Below, piece after piece: positions 1-8,696 of a stretch of 45,233 bases of DNA. Within the stretch, counting starts at the first letter, position 1. Every line of letters starts with the position of its first letter. The notes beneath the pieces are model-generated. The model had not been told where the DNA came from. It did not search any database and saw only the letters and a list, made by a program, of their open reading frames with translations. This DNA comes from Bacilli bacterium (GTDB taxonomy: Bacteria > Bacillota_I > Bacilli_A > RF39 > UBA660): contig JAEETF010000024.1 in assembly GCA_016290195.1 (NCBI GenBank), forward strand, positions 1-45,233, in the 5' to 3' direction. The position numbers and the translations under genes were made by a program.

Positions 1-11
1 GTGGTGATAAT

Positions 12-1244
12 ATGGCTGATATTATTGATAATCGCAAATTTAGTGAAAAGATTAAATCAAATTATCAATCTTTTCTTCAAAATCATGGTTTAACTAAGGA
101 ACAACTTGATGTTATTCGTAAATTAAAGAAAGAAAAGAAATATGATGATATTTTTACTTTATATGGAAGAAGTGCTTATTTATTTCATACTCCATCTAAA
201 TATATAAAGAAAGATATTAAAAAACTATTAAAAAAGGGTAATTTTGAAGATATATATTCTAAATATGGTGCCACTAGTTATAATGGCAATTTAAGCAAAA
301 TGCAGGCTATTGATATATATTCAGAAACTAATAGTCATGGTAAAAGTTTTTTATCTAAAACTAAAAATGGAATTGTTAAAAAAGTACTACCAGCATTAAT
401 AGTAGGTGGAATATCTTTTAGTACAATTCCATATGTTATGTTTCCTGTTTTGTCTGATACTTTGATAAAGGAAAATGCTAGAGTTTATGCTGAAGAAATT
501 GTTTCTTATAATGCTAGAATAAATGATTATGCAAAACAATTTGAAAATTTAAATCTTAGTGATATTCAAGTAATTATGAAAGTAATGGATGATATGTGGA
601 AAGATATTAAGGGTTATGGTAATCCACAAAAAGATATATATGGATATGGTCGTTTAGATTTAGAACCTGGTGGCGTTGGCGTATGCCGTAATATGGCTGA
701 TGATGTTGCTGCTAAATTAAATGTCATTAATCCAGAATATAATGCTAGAACTTTAACTGTAATAGCAGATGAAGAAAAAAAGTATACGATTGCCAATATC
801 GAAAGAAATGTATATAATCCTAATCCTACAGTAGTAGGTTCTGCAACTACTGAAAATGAAACTGCTTCAAAGTTTACTCAGTCATTATTTGGTAATCATA
901 AAGTAGTTATTATGGATATTCCAGGTGAAACATATAATTTAATTGTTGATCCTACTAATCCTTCGATTGGTGTATTTGTAAATGGTAAAATTTATACTTT
1001 TTCAACATCAGATGGTAATGGAATATCTAATCCACATTTTAGTCAATATTTTGATGGATATGCCGCAGAATTTGATTATCGTAGTAAGGTAATGACTAGT
1101 TTTCAAAATTTAGATTTAGAATCATTACGTTCTAAGTGGGGAATAGAAGCAGAAAATAAGGCCCTTAATGAAGCAAGAGAAATTGCCGAACTAGCTCTTA
1201 AAAATACGAATATGCAATTTAATTCTAATAATACGTATACATAG
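12..1244 (+). CDS. Single-pass membrane protein with a transglutaminase-like (Cys-His-Asp) thiol-enzyme core; function unknown
   Basis: 410-aa ORF, ATG 12 behind GGTGA (3-7). One hydrophobic span, LPALIVGGISFSTIPYVMFPVL (res 126-147). Downstream motifs GVGVCRNMADD (Cys codon 684-686), GNHKVV (His 897-899) and IVDPTN (Asp 948-950). Their order and the 17-aa His-to-Asp spacing fit the transglutaminase/papain-fold core. Motif reading only. Confidence 0.55.
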   Translation: MADIIDNRKFSEKIKSNYQSFLQNHGLTKEQLDVIRKLKKEKKYDDIFTLYGRSAYLFHTPSKYIKKDIKKLLKKGNFEDIYSKYGATSYNGNLSKMQAIDIYSETNSHGKSFLSKTKNGIVKKVLPALIVGGISFSTIPYVMFPVLSDTLIKENARVYAEEIVSYNARINDYAKQFENLNLSDIQVIMKVMDDMWKDIKGYGNPQKDIYGYGRLDLEPGGVGVCRNMADDVAAKLNVINPEYNARTLTVIADEEKKYTIANIERNVYNPNPTVVGSATTENETASKFTQSLFGNHKVVIMDIPGETYNLIVDPTNPSIGVFVNGKIYTFSTSDGNGISNPHFSQYFDGYAAEFDYRSKVMTSFQNLDLESLRSKWGIEAENKALNEAREIAELALKNTNMQFNSNNTYT

Positions 1245-1287
1245 GGTAATGATTTAACTATTGATGAAAGTGAACTGGAGAATACTA

Positions 1288-1569
1288 ATGGAAGAACTAG
1301 ATAAAGATTTTAAAAAATATATTGATAGCGTAGCAAGTAATATTCATACTTCATTTTTAAAAAAAATAAATGATAAATTATATTTAAATGATAATGAATT
1401 AATGATACTTGATAAATATAAAATTAATTATAAGTCATGTAGTGATTATAATAATCTTTTATATTTAATTGATGAAATATTAGAAGATAGTTATGATGAT
1501 TTAAGTGATTTAGAAGAAATATCGCGAAATATTGCTGAAAGAAATTATTATCAGTATACAAACAAGTAG
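1288..1569 (+). CDS. Small acidic hypothetical protein, likely co-transcribed with 12-1244
   Basis: In frame with track ORF 1261-1569. ATG 1288 lies 7 nt after GGAG (1277-1280). 93 aa with an acidic tail (EDSYDDLSDLEE). Terminator immediately after. Confidence 0.5.
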   Translation: MEELDKDFKKYIDSVASNIHTSFLKKINDKLYLNDNELMILDKYKINYKSCSDYNNLLYLIDEILEDSYDDLSDLEEISRNIAERNYYQYTNK

Positions 1570-1588
1570 GAATTACTTGTTTTTTTTT
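1561..1588 (+). terminator. Rho-independent terminator
   Basis: AACAAGTA / GGAAT loop / TACTTGTT hairpin overlapping the TAG stop, followed by a T-run. Confidence 0.65.
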
Positions 1589-1602
1589 GTATATATAATT
1601 AG

Positions 1603-3471
1603 GTGATAATTTTGAAATATATAAGTTTAAATAAAAAAAATATATTTAGAAATATAAATAATAAAATATATTTAAAAATAGAAGAAATAAAATCTAAATC
1701 TATTCTTAATAATATTAATGGTTATAGTTTAGATAAAGAACAAAGAAAAGCTGTTTTAATAGATGAAGATACTAGTTTAATAGTAGCAGGAGCTGGTTCT
1801 GGAAAAACTCTTACTATGATGGGTAAAATAAGATATTTAGTTGAATGCAAAAATATAAATCCTAAAGATATACTTGTATTATCATTTACTAATTATACAG
1901 TAAATTCTTTTAGAAAAAGTTTAGAGAAAAATATAAATTATAATATAGATATACTTACTTTTCATAAGCTAGGAATTAATATATTAAAAAAAGCAAATTA
2001 TAAGTTTAAAATAAAAAATAGTATTTTAGATATAATAATTAAAAATTATTTTGAAAAAGAATTAATTTTGGATAAGAAAAAAATAATGGATTTCATTAAT
2101 TATTTTATTATTTTAAAAGAAGAAAAAATAGATAATACTAATTATAAATATAATACTAAAGAAGAAATAATATTAGGTAATTTTTTATATTGTAATAAAA
2201 TTAGTTTTAAGTATATACCATATGAAATAGAAAATAATTTAGTTAACTATGCATTTTATTTAACTGATTATAATATTTATATTGTTTATGATGAATTAGG
2301 AAAGGAATATGATAAACATTTTATTGTCATTAATAAAGATAATTTTACAGATGGTAGTCTATTTTGGTTATTATATGCCGAATTTAATAAATATAATATT
2401 AAAATAGATGAAAAAAACTATTTAGAAATAGTTAATATTTTTACACATAAAGGTAACAAAATGGAAAATTTATATAATTTGATTATAACTTTTATAAATA
2501 TGTTAAAAGGTAATAATTTAAATATAAATAGAATAGATAAAATAGAAAAAGTGCTAAGAAATGGTAAAGCAAAATTAGAAAATAAAAGATACATTTACAT
2601 TCTTTCAATAATAAAAGAAATATATTTTAAATATCAAAATTATTTAAAAGAAAATAATTTAGTAGATTTTAATGATTTAATAAATAAAAGCATTAATATA
2701 ATAAAGAATAATGAAGTTATATTAAATTATAAATACATTATAATAGATGAATTTCAGGATACTTCTTTTTGTAGATATGAATTAATTAATAATATAAAAA
2801 AGCAAACTAATTCTAAATTAATAGTTGTAGGGGATGATTTTCAATCAATTTATAGATTTACAGGTTGTGATATAAAAATGTTTTTAAAATTTAAAAAGTA
2901 TTTTCCTTTTTCTAAAATTTTATATATAACTAATACTTATCGTAATAGTAATGAATTAGTAAAAGTAGCTGGATCTTTTATTATGAAGAATAAAGAGCAA
3001 ATACGAAAAAAACTAAAATCTAATAAAAAAATATCAAAACCAATTAAAATATATTTTTATGATGTAAAAGCTGAAATTAATAATTTAATAAAAAAAGTAA
3101 AAGAAAAAAATATATTTATTTTAGGTAGAAATAATAAAGATATTGAGTATTTTAACTATATTGAAAATAAGAATAATATTAAATTTATGTCTGTACATAA
3201 GTCAAAAGGTTTAGAATGTGATGGTATTATAATCGTAAATTTATTAAATAGTACATTAGGGTTTCCTAGTAAATGTAAAGAAAATATATTAATTAGATAT
3301 TTATGTAATATAGAAGATAGTTATCCATATGAAGAAGAAAGAAGATTATTTTACGTAGCTTTAACTAGAACTAAAAATAATGTTTATTTATTTACACCTA
3401 GAGATAATTATTCTATATTTGTTAAAGAATTAATTAAAGATTATAAAAAGTATATTGAAATTATTAATTAA
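1603..3471 (+). CDS. UvrD/Rep/PcrA-type superfamily 1 DNA helicase (helicase IV-like) with a long insert between motifs I and II
   Basis: SF1 motifs in order: AGAGSGKT (1786-1809), TFHKLG, IIIDEFQDT (DEFQD 2746-2760), VGDDFQSIYRFTG, TNTYRNS, SVHKSKGLECD, RRLFYVALTRTK. Start is GTG 1603 or in-frame TTG 1612 after AGGTGA (1601-1606). Confidence 0.85.
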   Translation: MIILKYISLNKKNIFRNINNKIYLKIEEIKSKSILNNINGYSLDKEQRKAVLIDEDTSLIVAGAGSGKTLTMMGKIRYLVECKNINPKDILVLSFTNYTVNSFRKSLEKNINYNIDILTFHKLGINILKKANYKFKIKNSILDIIIKNYFEKELILDKKKIMDFINYFIILKEEKIDNTNYKYNTKEEIILGNFLYCNKISFKYIPYEIENNLVNYAFYLTDYNIYIVYDELGKEYDKHFIVINKDNFTDGSLFWLLYAEFNKYNIKIDEKNYLEIVNIFTHKGNKMENLYNLIITFINMLKGNNLNINRIDKIEKVLRNGKAKLENKRYIYILSIIKEIYFKYQNYLKENNLVDFNDLINKSINIIKNNEVILNYKYIIIDEFQDTSFCRYELINNIKKQTNSKLIVVGDDFQSIYRFTGCDIKMFLKFKKYFPFSKILYITNTYRNSNELVKVAGSFIMKNKEQIRKKLKSNKKISKPIKIYFYDVKAEINNLIKKVKEKNIFILGRNNKDIEYFNYIENKNNIKFMSVHKSKGLECDGIIIVNLLNSTLGFPSKCKENILIRYLCNIEDSYPYEEERRLFYVALTRTKNNVYLFTPRDNYSIFVKELIKDYKKYIEIIN

Positions 3472-3510
3472 AATTAATATTTGTGATAAAATACATACAG
3501 GTGATTTTTG

Positions 3511-4251
3511 ATGGAAGAAAAAGTTGTTTTAGTAACAGGTTCTAGTAAAGGAATAGGAGCAGCATGTATAAACAAATTTGCTAGTCATAATTATAATGTA
3601 GTTATTAATTATAATACTGATAAAGAAAGCGCGGTAAAACTTAAAGATGAAGTAGAAAATAAATATGGTGTAAAGGCATTAGTAATTAAGTGTGACGTTT
3701 CAAATGAATTAGAAGTAAAAGAAATGGTTCAAAAAATAATTAATGAGTTTGGACATATTGATTGTTTAGTTAATAATGCTGGAATAGCTATTGATACAAC
3801 TTTTGAAGATAAAACAGTTGAAAACTTTAGAAAAATAATAGATGTTAATTTAATTGGTACTTTTATTGTTAGTAAAGAAGTTGGAAAATATATGCAAGAT
3901 AGAAAATGTGGATCAATTATTAATGTAAGTTCTACTAATGGTATTGATACAATTTATCCAGAAAGTTTAGATTATGATGCATCAAAAGCAGGTGTTATAT
4001 CTCTTACTAAAAATTTAGCTTTAGTATATGCCCCATATATTAGAGTAAATGCTGTGGCTCCAGGATGGGTAAATACAGAAATGAATAAAGAATTAGATAA
4101 AGATTTTATAAAAGAAGAAGAAGAAAAAATATTACTTGGTAGATTTGGTAATCCAGATGAAATAGCTAAAGTAATTTATTTTCTTGCAAGTGATGATGCA
4201 AGTTATATTAATAGTGAAATAATAAGAATAGATGGTGGTTTTAAATGTTAG
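3511..4251 (+). CDS. Short-chain dehydrogenase/reductase, FabG-like 3-oxoacyl reductase family
   Basis: TGSSKGIG cofactor motif, NNAG, Ser...YDASKAG catalytic Tyr/Lys. ATG 3511 lies 6 nt after AGGTGA (3499-3504); the track start 3508 is an adjacent TTG. Confidence 0.85.
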   Translation: MEEKVVLVTGSSKGIGAACINKFASHNYNVVINYNTDKESAVKLKDEVENKYGVKALVIKCDVSNELEVKEMVQKIINEFGHIDCLVNNAGIAIDTTFEDKTVENFRKIIDVNLIGTFIVSKEVGKYMQDRKCGSIINVSSTNGIDTIYPESLDYDASKAGVISLTKNLALVYAPYIRVNAVAPGWVNTEMNKELDKDFIKEEEEKILLGRFGNPDEIAKVIYFLASDDASYINSEIIRIDGGFKC

Positions 4252-5489
4252 GTATAAGTGATGAAATAATAAAACTTAGTAAAGAAGTAGAAACTGAAAT
4301 AAAAGATGAAATAGAAAAAATAGATAAATTATGTTTTGATAATACATTAAAAGTACTTGAAGCTTTCCAAAAAGAAAAAATAAGTGATTCTCATTTTGGT
4401 TCTACTACTGGTTATGGTTACGGTGATGTTGGAAGAAGAGCTATTGAAAATGTTTTTTCATATGTTTTAGATGCTGAAGATAGCCTAGTAAGAAGTCAAT
4501 TTATATCTGGAAGTCATGCTTTAAATGTATGTTTATTTGCTCTTTTAAGACCAGGTGATATTCTACTAAGTATTAGTGGTAAGCCATATGATACTTTAGA
4601 AGAAGTAATTGGTATAAGAGAAAATAAAAGTTCTTTAAAAAGTTTTGGTATTAAATATGAACAAATAGATTTAATTGATAATGATTTTGATTATAAAAAA
4701 ATAGAGGAAACTTTAAAATCTAAAAAAATTAAAGTAATTGAAATACAAAGATCTAAAGGTTATTCTACTCGTAAAAGTATTACTATGGATAAAATGGAAA
4801 AAGTTATTTCTTTTATTAAAAAAATTAATAAAGAAGTAATAATTATGGTTGATAATTGTTATTGTGAATTTGTAAGTACTAATTCTCCATTAAGCATTGG
4901 TGCTGATGTTATAGTAGGATCATTAATTAAAAACTTAGGTGGAGGTATTGCTCCAAATGGTGCCTATATATCTGGACGTAAAGATTTAGTTGAACTTGCT
5001 GCTGAAAGACTTACTTTGCCAGGAGAAGGTGCTGAAGTAGGTCCAACTCTTGGTATAAATAAATCACTTTTACAAGGAATTTATTTTGCTCCTAGTGTAG
5101 TTGCTAGTAGTTTAAAAACTGCTATATTTGCTAGTCGTTTACTCGAAAAAATGGGTTATGATGTTGAACCAAAATATAATGATGTAAGAGCTGATATTGT
5201 TCAAAATATTATATTTGGTAGTGAAGAAGGATTAGTTAAATTTTGTCAAGGAATTCAATCTGGGTCAGCAATTGATTCTTTTGTAACACCAATTCCAGAT
5301 GATATGCCAGGTTATATGGATAAAGTTATTATGGCATCAGGCTCATTTACACAAGGTTCTTCTATTGAACTTTCATGTGATGGCCCGGTAAGAGAACCAT
5401 ATATTGCCTATCTTCAAGGTGGTCTTACTTATGGTTACGGAAAACTTGGAATAATGCGTGCTGCAAGTAATTTAAGAGGTAATAAATGA
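4245..5489 (+). CDS. PLP-dependent methionine gamma-lyase family protein (YnbB / aluminium-resistance-protein type)
   Basis: 414 aa. FGSTTGYGYGDVGRRAIE...SQFISGSHAL and the overall layout resemble the YnbB-type Cys/Met-metabolism family. Overlaps the previous stop. Confidence 0.65.
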   Translation: MLGISDEIIKLSKEVETEIKDEIEKIDKLCFDNTLKVLEAFQKEKISDSHFGSTTGYGYGDVGRRAIENVFSYVLDAEDSLVRSQFISGSHALNVCLFALLRPGDILLSISGKPYDTLEEVIGIRENKSSLKSFGIKYEQIDLIDNDFDYKKIEETLKSKKIKVIEIQRSKGYSTRKSITMDKMEKVISFIKKINKEVIIMVDNCYCEFVSTNSPLSIGADVIVGSLIKNLGGGIAPNGAYISGRKDLVELAAERLTLPGEGAEVGPTLGINKSLLQGIYFAPSVVASSLKTAIFASRLLEKMGYDVEPKYNDVRADIVQNIIFGSEEGLVKFCQGIQSGSAIDSFVTPIPDDMPGYMDKVIMASGSFTQGSSIELSCDGPVREPYIAYLQGGLTYGYGKLGIMRAASNLRGNK

Positions 5490-6298
5490 TTATAGAATGT
5501 AATAAAAATAGTACTCTTTTAGAGTATATGTATGAAGTAATTAAAGATAGATCAAAAAATAATATTAAAAGTTTACTTAAAAATGGTGTATATGTAAATG
5601 ATAAATTAGTAACGCAATATGATTATGAATTAAAAAAAGGTGATAAATTAAGATTTATTATTAATAAGATAGGAGATATTTCTATTTTATATGAAGATAA
5701 TGAATTTATAGTAATTGAAAAACCACATAATATGCTTACAATAGCTACATCTAAAGAAAAAGAAAAAACAGTTTATCATACTTTACTTACTTATTTAAAA
5801 AGGAAAAATCAAAAAATATTTATTTTGCATCGTTTAGATAAAGAAACCTCTGGTATAATGATTTTTTGTAAAAACGAAAAAATAAGAGATTTAATGCAAA
5901 ATAACTGGAAAGATGTTAAACGAAAATATGTAGCAATTGTTAAAGGTAAAATAAATGATAGCGGTGTTTATAAAGATTATTTAGATGAAAATAAAATACA
6001 TAAAGTATATATATCTAAAGAAGGAAAACTTGCTATAACAAAATATAAAAAAATTAAAGAAAGTAATCGTTTTTCACTTGTTGATATTGAAATAATAACT
6101 GGTCGTAAGAATCAAATAAGAGTTCAAATGGCAGAACATGGCAATTATATTTTAGGTGATAATAAATATTCAGATGATTATAAAAAATATGGAAGACTAT
6201 ATTTGCACGCTACTGAAATTAGTTTTAAACATCCAATAAAAAATAAAATTATGAAGTTTGTATCGCCAATTCCAAATAATTTTGATAAAATATTATAG
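5486..6298 (+). CDS. RluA-family pseudouridine synthase with N-terminal S4-like domain
   Basis: HRLDKETSGIMIF catalytic-Asp motif, GRKNQIRVQ, S4-like LLKNGVYVNDKLV. ATGA overlap with the upstream gene. Confidence 0.85.
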   Translation: MIIECNKNSTLLEYMYEVIKDRSKNNIKSLLKNGVYVNDKLVTQYDYELKKGDKLRFIINKIGDISILYEDNEFIVIEKPHNMLTIATSKEKEKTVYHTLLTYLKRKNQKIFILHRLDKETSGIMIFCKNEKIRDLMQNNWKDVKRKYVAIVKGKINDSGVYKDYLDENKIHKVYISKEGKLAITKYKKIKESNRFSLVDIEIITGRKNQIRVQMAEHGNYILGDNKYSDDYKKYGRLYLHATEISFKHPIKNKIMKFVSPIPNNFDKIL

Positions 6299-6310
6299 TA
6301 GGAGGATTAT

Positions 6311-7030
6311 ATGGAATATAATTTATTTTTGTATCATATTAGTTTTAGTTTTTTACTTAGTTTATTAGTAGGTCTAGAAAGACAAATTCGTGGTAGAGCA
6401 ATTGGTCTTAGAACAAGTGTTTTAGTTAGTATTGGATCATTTATGTTTGTTTCATTTTCTATGTATGTAGGAGTACCTGATATGTCTCGTATAGCTGCTC
6501 AAGTAGTATGTGGTATAGGTTTTTTAGGTGCAGGTGTTATTATTAAAGATGGAACAAATATTAAAGGTCTTAATACTGCAGCTACTCTTTGGTGTAATGC
6601 AGCAATTGGAGTTTTATGTGCTGGAGGATTAGTTGTTGAAGCAACAATAGGTACTGGATTTATATTATTTAGTAATATTATTTTACGTTATTTAATACAA
6701 AAGATAAGTATTACAAGAAAGAAAATAGAAGTATTTGATGACTATTCTTTAGTAATTGAAGCTTCAAATAAAGAAATGTCAAAAGAAAATATACATTCTA
6801 TGATAGCTGAAATAGCTCATAAAAATAAATTAAACATTGTAGGTGTAGAAATGGAAAGAGTAAATTCTGAAGTAACACGTACGGAAATAGATTTTAAAGT
6901 TAATATAAGTCAAAATATTGTTCTTGACCAATTCTTAAATGAAATAAATAAAAATAAAGGTATTGTTTATACATCATTTACTAAAACAAATCAAGAAAGA
7001 GTAGAAATACTTGATGATGATGAAATATAA
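6311..7030 (+). CDS. MgtC/SapB family membrane protein
   Basis: LVGLERQIRGRAIGLRT signature, 4-5 hydrophobic spans, soluble C-terminal domain. GGAGG RBS at 6301-6305. Confidence 0.8.
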   Translation: MEYNLFLYHISFSFLLSLLVGLERQIRGRAIGLRTSVLVSIGSFMFVSFSMYVGVPDMSRIAAQVVCGIGFLGAGVIIKDGTNIKGLNTAATLWCNAAIGVLCAGGLVVEATIGTGFILFSNIILRYLIQKISITRKKIEVFDDYSLVIEASNKEMSKENIHSMIAEIAHKNKLNIVGVEMERVNSEVTRTEIDFKVNISQNIVLDQFLNEINKNKGIVYTSFTKTNQERVEILDDDEI

Positions 7031-7505
7031 TGGCCTTTTTTGCTGTGATATATTTAATACTTATTATTATAGTTATGAAAACCATAATGAAGAAAGAAAA
7101 AAGTTTATAGAAAATTTAATAAAAATAAAAGAAAAAGATAATTTAAATGTATTATTTTTTTCTTTTATAACAAGTGATAATAGTGATTTTTTAAATGAAT
7201 TTATAGAAGATATAAAATATCATTTACCTGATGATATTAAACTTATTGAACAGTTTTTCTATAATGGTTACATTTTAGATAATAATAAAGAAATATATAA
7301 ATATACTCAGAAAGAAGAAGTAGTTGATTATTTAAAAAATAAATATAAGCCAGTAAAAATATATTATGCCGATGATGTATTGAGTAATCATAATAATAAA
7401 AATATTATTCATTTTATACCAGGAAAGTATAAAGATCATTGTTATTGTTCTGATAATAAAGGTTTAATGGGCTTAAATGATGCTATAAAAAAATATTTAA
7501 ATTAA
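7011..7505 (+). CDS. Hypothetical protein
   Basis: 164-aa ORF overlapping the mgtC-like stop. Several in-frame ATGs at 7014-7022, so the start is uncertain. No motif recognised. Confidence 0.45.
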   Translation: MMMMKYNGLFCCDIFNTYYYSYENHNEERKKFIENLIKIKEKDNLNVLFFSFITSDNSDFLNEFIEDIKYHLPDDIKLIEQFFYNGYILDNNKEIYKYTQKEEVVDYLKNKYKPVKIYYADDVLSNHNNKNIIHFIPGKYKDHCYCSDNKGLMGLNDAIKKYLN

Positions 7506-7527
7506 AAAGATTGCATTTGCAATCTTT
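7506..7527. terminator. Bidirectional hairpin between convergent genes
   Basis: AAAGATTGC / ATTT loop / GCAATCTTT perfect 9-bp stem between the stop at 7505 (+) and the stop at 7526-7528 (-). Confidence 0.6.
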
Positions 7528-8065
7528 ATTTTATAACATCTGGATTAATATTTTTAGGAACTACAATAAATTGAATAATTTCGGCAATAGAATAAATTAC
7601 AAGTACAATACCAGTAGCTATTCCAAATACATTAACAAAAATAATTGTATATAAACCACAAATAAGCATAATGGCAGAACTAATTAGTGGAATATACCAA
7701 GTTTGTATTTTAGCTTCTCTTAATTTAAGAGCAAGTACTAGTTTAACAACACCACTATAAATTAACCATCCACCTAAAATTAATTTAATAACAAAATTAA
7801 TGGCATCTGATAAGAACATAGTAATAATACCAATAACAATTAAGACAACTCCTATAGTTAAATTATTAGTATTATTAATTGCTTCTTTATTTTTTTTATA
7901 AAATATTAATTTAGCTATACCTGATATAGCAATAATAGCTCCTAATATTACAGCAATAAACTTAACAACTCCATCAGGATCAGATATTAATAGAATACCA
8001 AGAATTAAAAATAATATTGCTGAAATGATTGAAAAAGAATCTTTTTTTGTACTAAGTAATTTCAT
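7526..8065 (-). CDS. DUF308 / HdeD-like multi-pass membrane protein
   Basis: 179 aa, about six hydrophobic spans with the repeated G-I-L-L / P-x-G pattern typical of HdeD-type proteins. GGAGGA RBS (reverse complement of 8073-8078). Confidence 0.55.
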   Translation of the reverse strand: MKLLSTKKDSFSIISAILFLILGILLISDPDGVVKFIAVILGAIIAISGIAKLIFYKKNKEAINNTNNLTIGVVLIVIGIITMFLSDAINFVIKLILGGWLIYSGVVKLVLALKLREAKIQTWYIPLISSAIMLICGLYTIIFVNVFGIATGIVLVIYSIAEIIQFIVVPKNINPDVIK

Positions 8066-8131
8066 ACAATTCCTCCTTAATAATATAATTATAGCATTTA
8101 AAATTTATGGTGTAAAGTTGCAAATAAATAA

Positions 8132-8159
8132 TTGTATTATCATTTTTTTATGTTATAAT
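8132..8159 (+). promoter_or_regulatory. Sigma-A type promoter for 8182-8634
   Basis: -35 TTGTAT (8132-8137), 16-nt spacer ending in TGT, -10 TATAAT (8154-8159), i.e. an extended -10. Confidence 0.5.
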
Positions 8160-8181
8160 ACAATATTTAAGGGGTGTTAGT

Positions 8182-8634
8182 ATGCCATTTGATATTGGAA
8201 GTATAGTAGTATTAAAAAAAATAATTTTTAAAAAGACACATATGCGATATAAAAGAACTATTGATCATGCATATAAAAGAGGTAGACCAGCTATTGTTAT
8301 ATGTGAAGCAAATGATAAAATTTATCATATACTATTAACTCACAGTTGCTATGAAGATGAATATAAAGATGGACGCTATTATCCTATTGTTGACTCTAAA
8401 AATGATGAGATTGAGAATAGTTATATTGATTTTAGTGAAATACATTCTAGACCTATATGCTATGAACAAGAATGTGAATATATAAATGATGAGGATTTAC
8501 ATGACATTTTAGTAGCTTTTTGTACATATCAAGAAAGTGTATTTGAAGATGATGAATATGAGGAAATTAGGCCATATTTATATAGTTTAATTAAAGATTT
8601 AGAAAAAAATAAGGAACTTTGTTTAAAAAAATAG
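8182..8634 (+). CDS. Hypothetical protein; N-terminal half resembles a PemK/MazF-type SH3-like barrel, C-terminus acidic
   Basis: 150 aa. FDIGSIVVL...KRGRPAIVICEANDKIYHILLTHS...NSYIDFSEIHSRPI follows the G-x-I...RP-x-(I/V)(I/V)...(I/L)T-x-S...S-x-I pattern of PemK/MazF toxins. Eye alignment only. Confidence 0.4.
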   Translation: MPFDIGSIVVLKKIIFKKTHMRYKRTIDHAYKRGRPAIVICEANDKIYHILLTHSCYEDEYKDGRYYPIVDSKNDEIENSYIDFSEIHSRPICYEQECEYINDEDLHDILVAFCTYQESVFEDDEYEEIRPYLYSLIKDLEKNKELCLKK

Positions 8635-8654
8635 TTTCTTTTTTTATTTCTTTG

Positions 8655-8663
8655 TGTTATAAT
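8655..8663 (+). promoter_or_regulatory. Extended -10 promoter element upstream of typA
   Basis: TGTTATAAT (TG 8655-8656, TATAAT 8658-8663), 34 nt upstream of ATG 8697. Weak -35. Confidence 0.45.
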
Positions 8664-8696
8664 GGCGTGGTTGAGAACTTGAAAGAAGTGAAATTA

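Noticed and set aside
8619-8696. Upstream extensions of track ORFs (typA 8619, rplP 17700, rpmC 18151, rpoA 26276, cotJC 12484, ddl 11499, lipoproteins 28236, 29385 and 41726)
   Set aside because: The canonical N-termini and properly spaced RBSs occur at internal start codons. The extensions overlap upstream genes or promoters.
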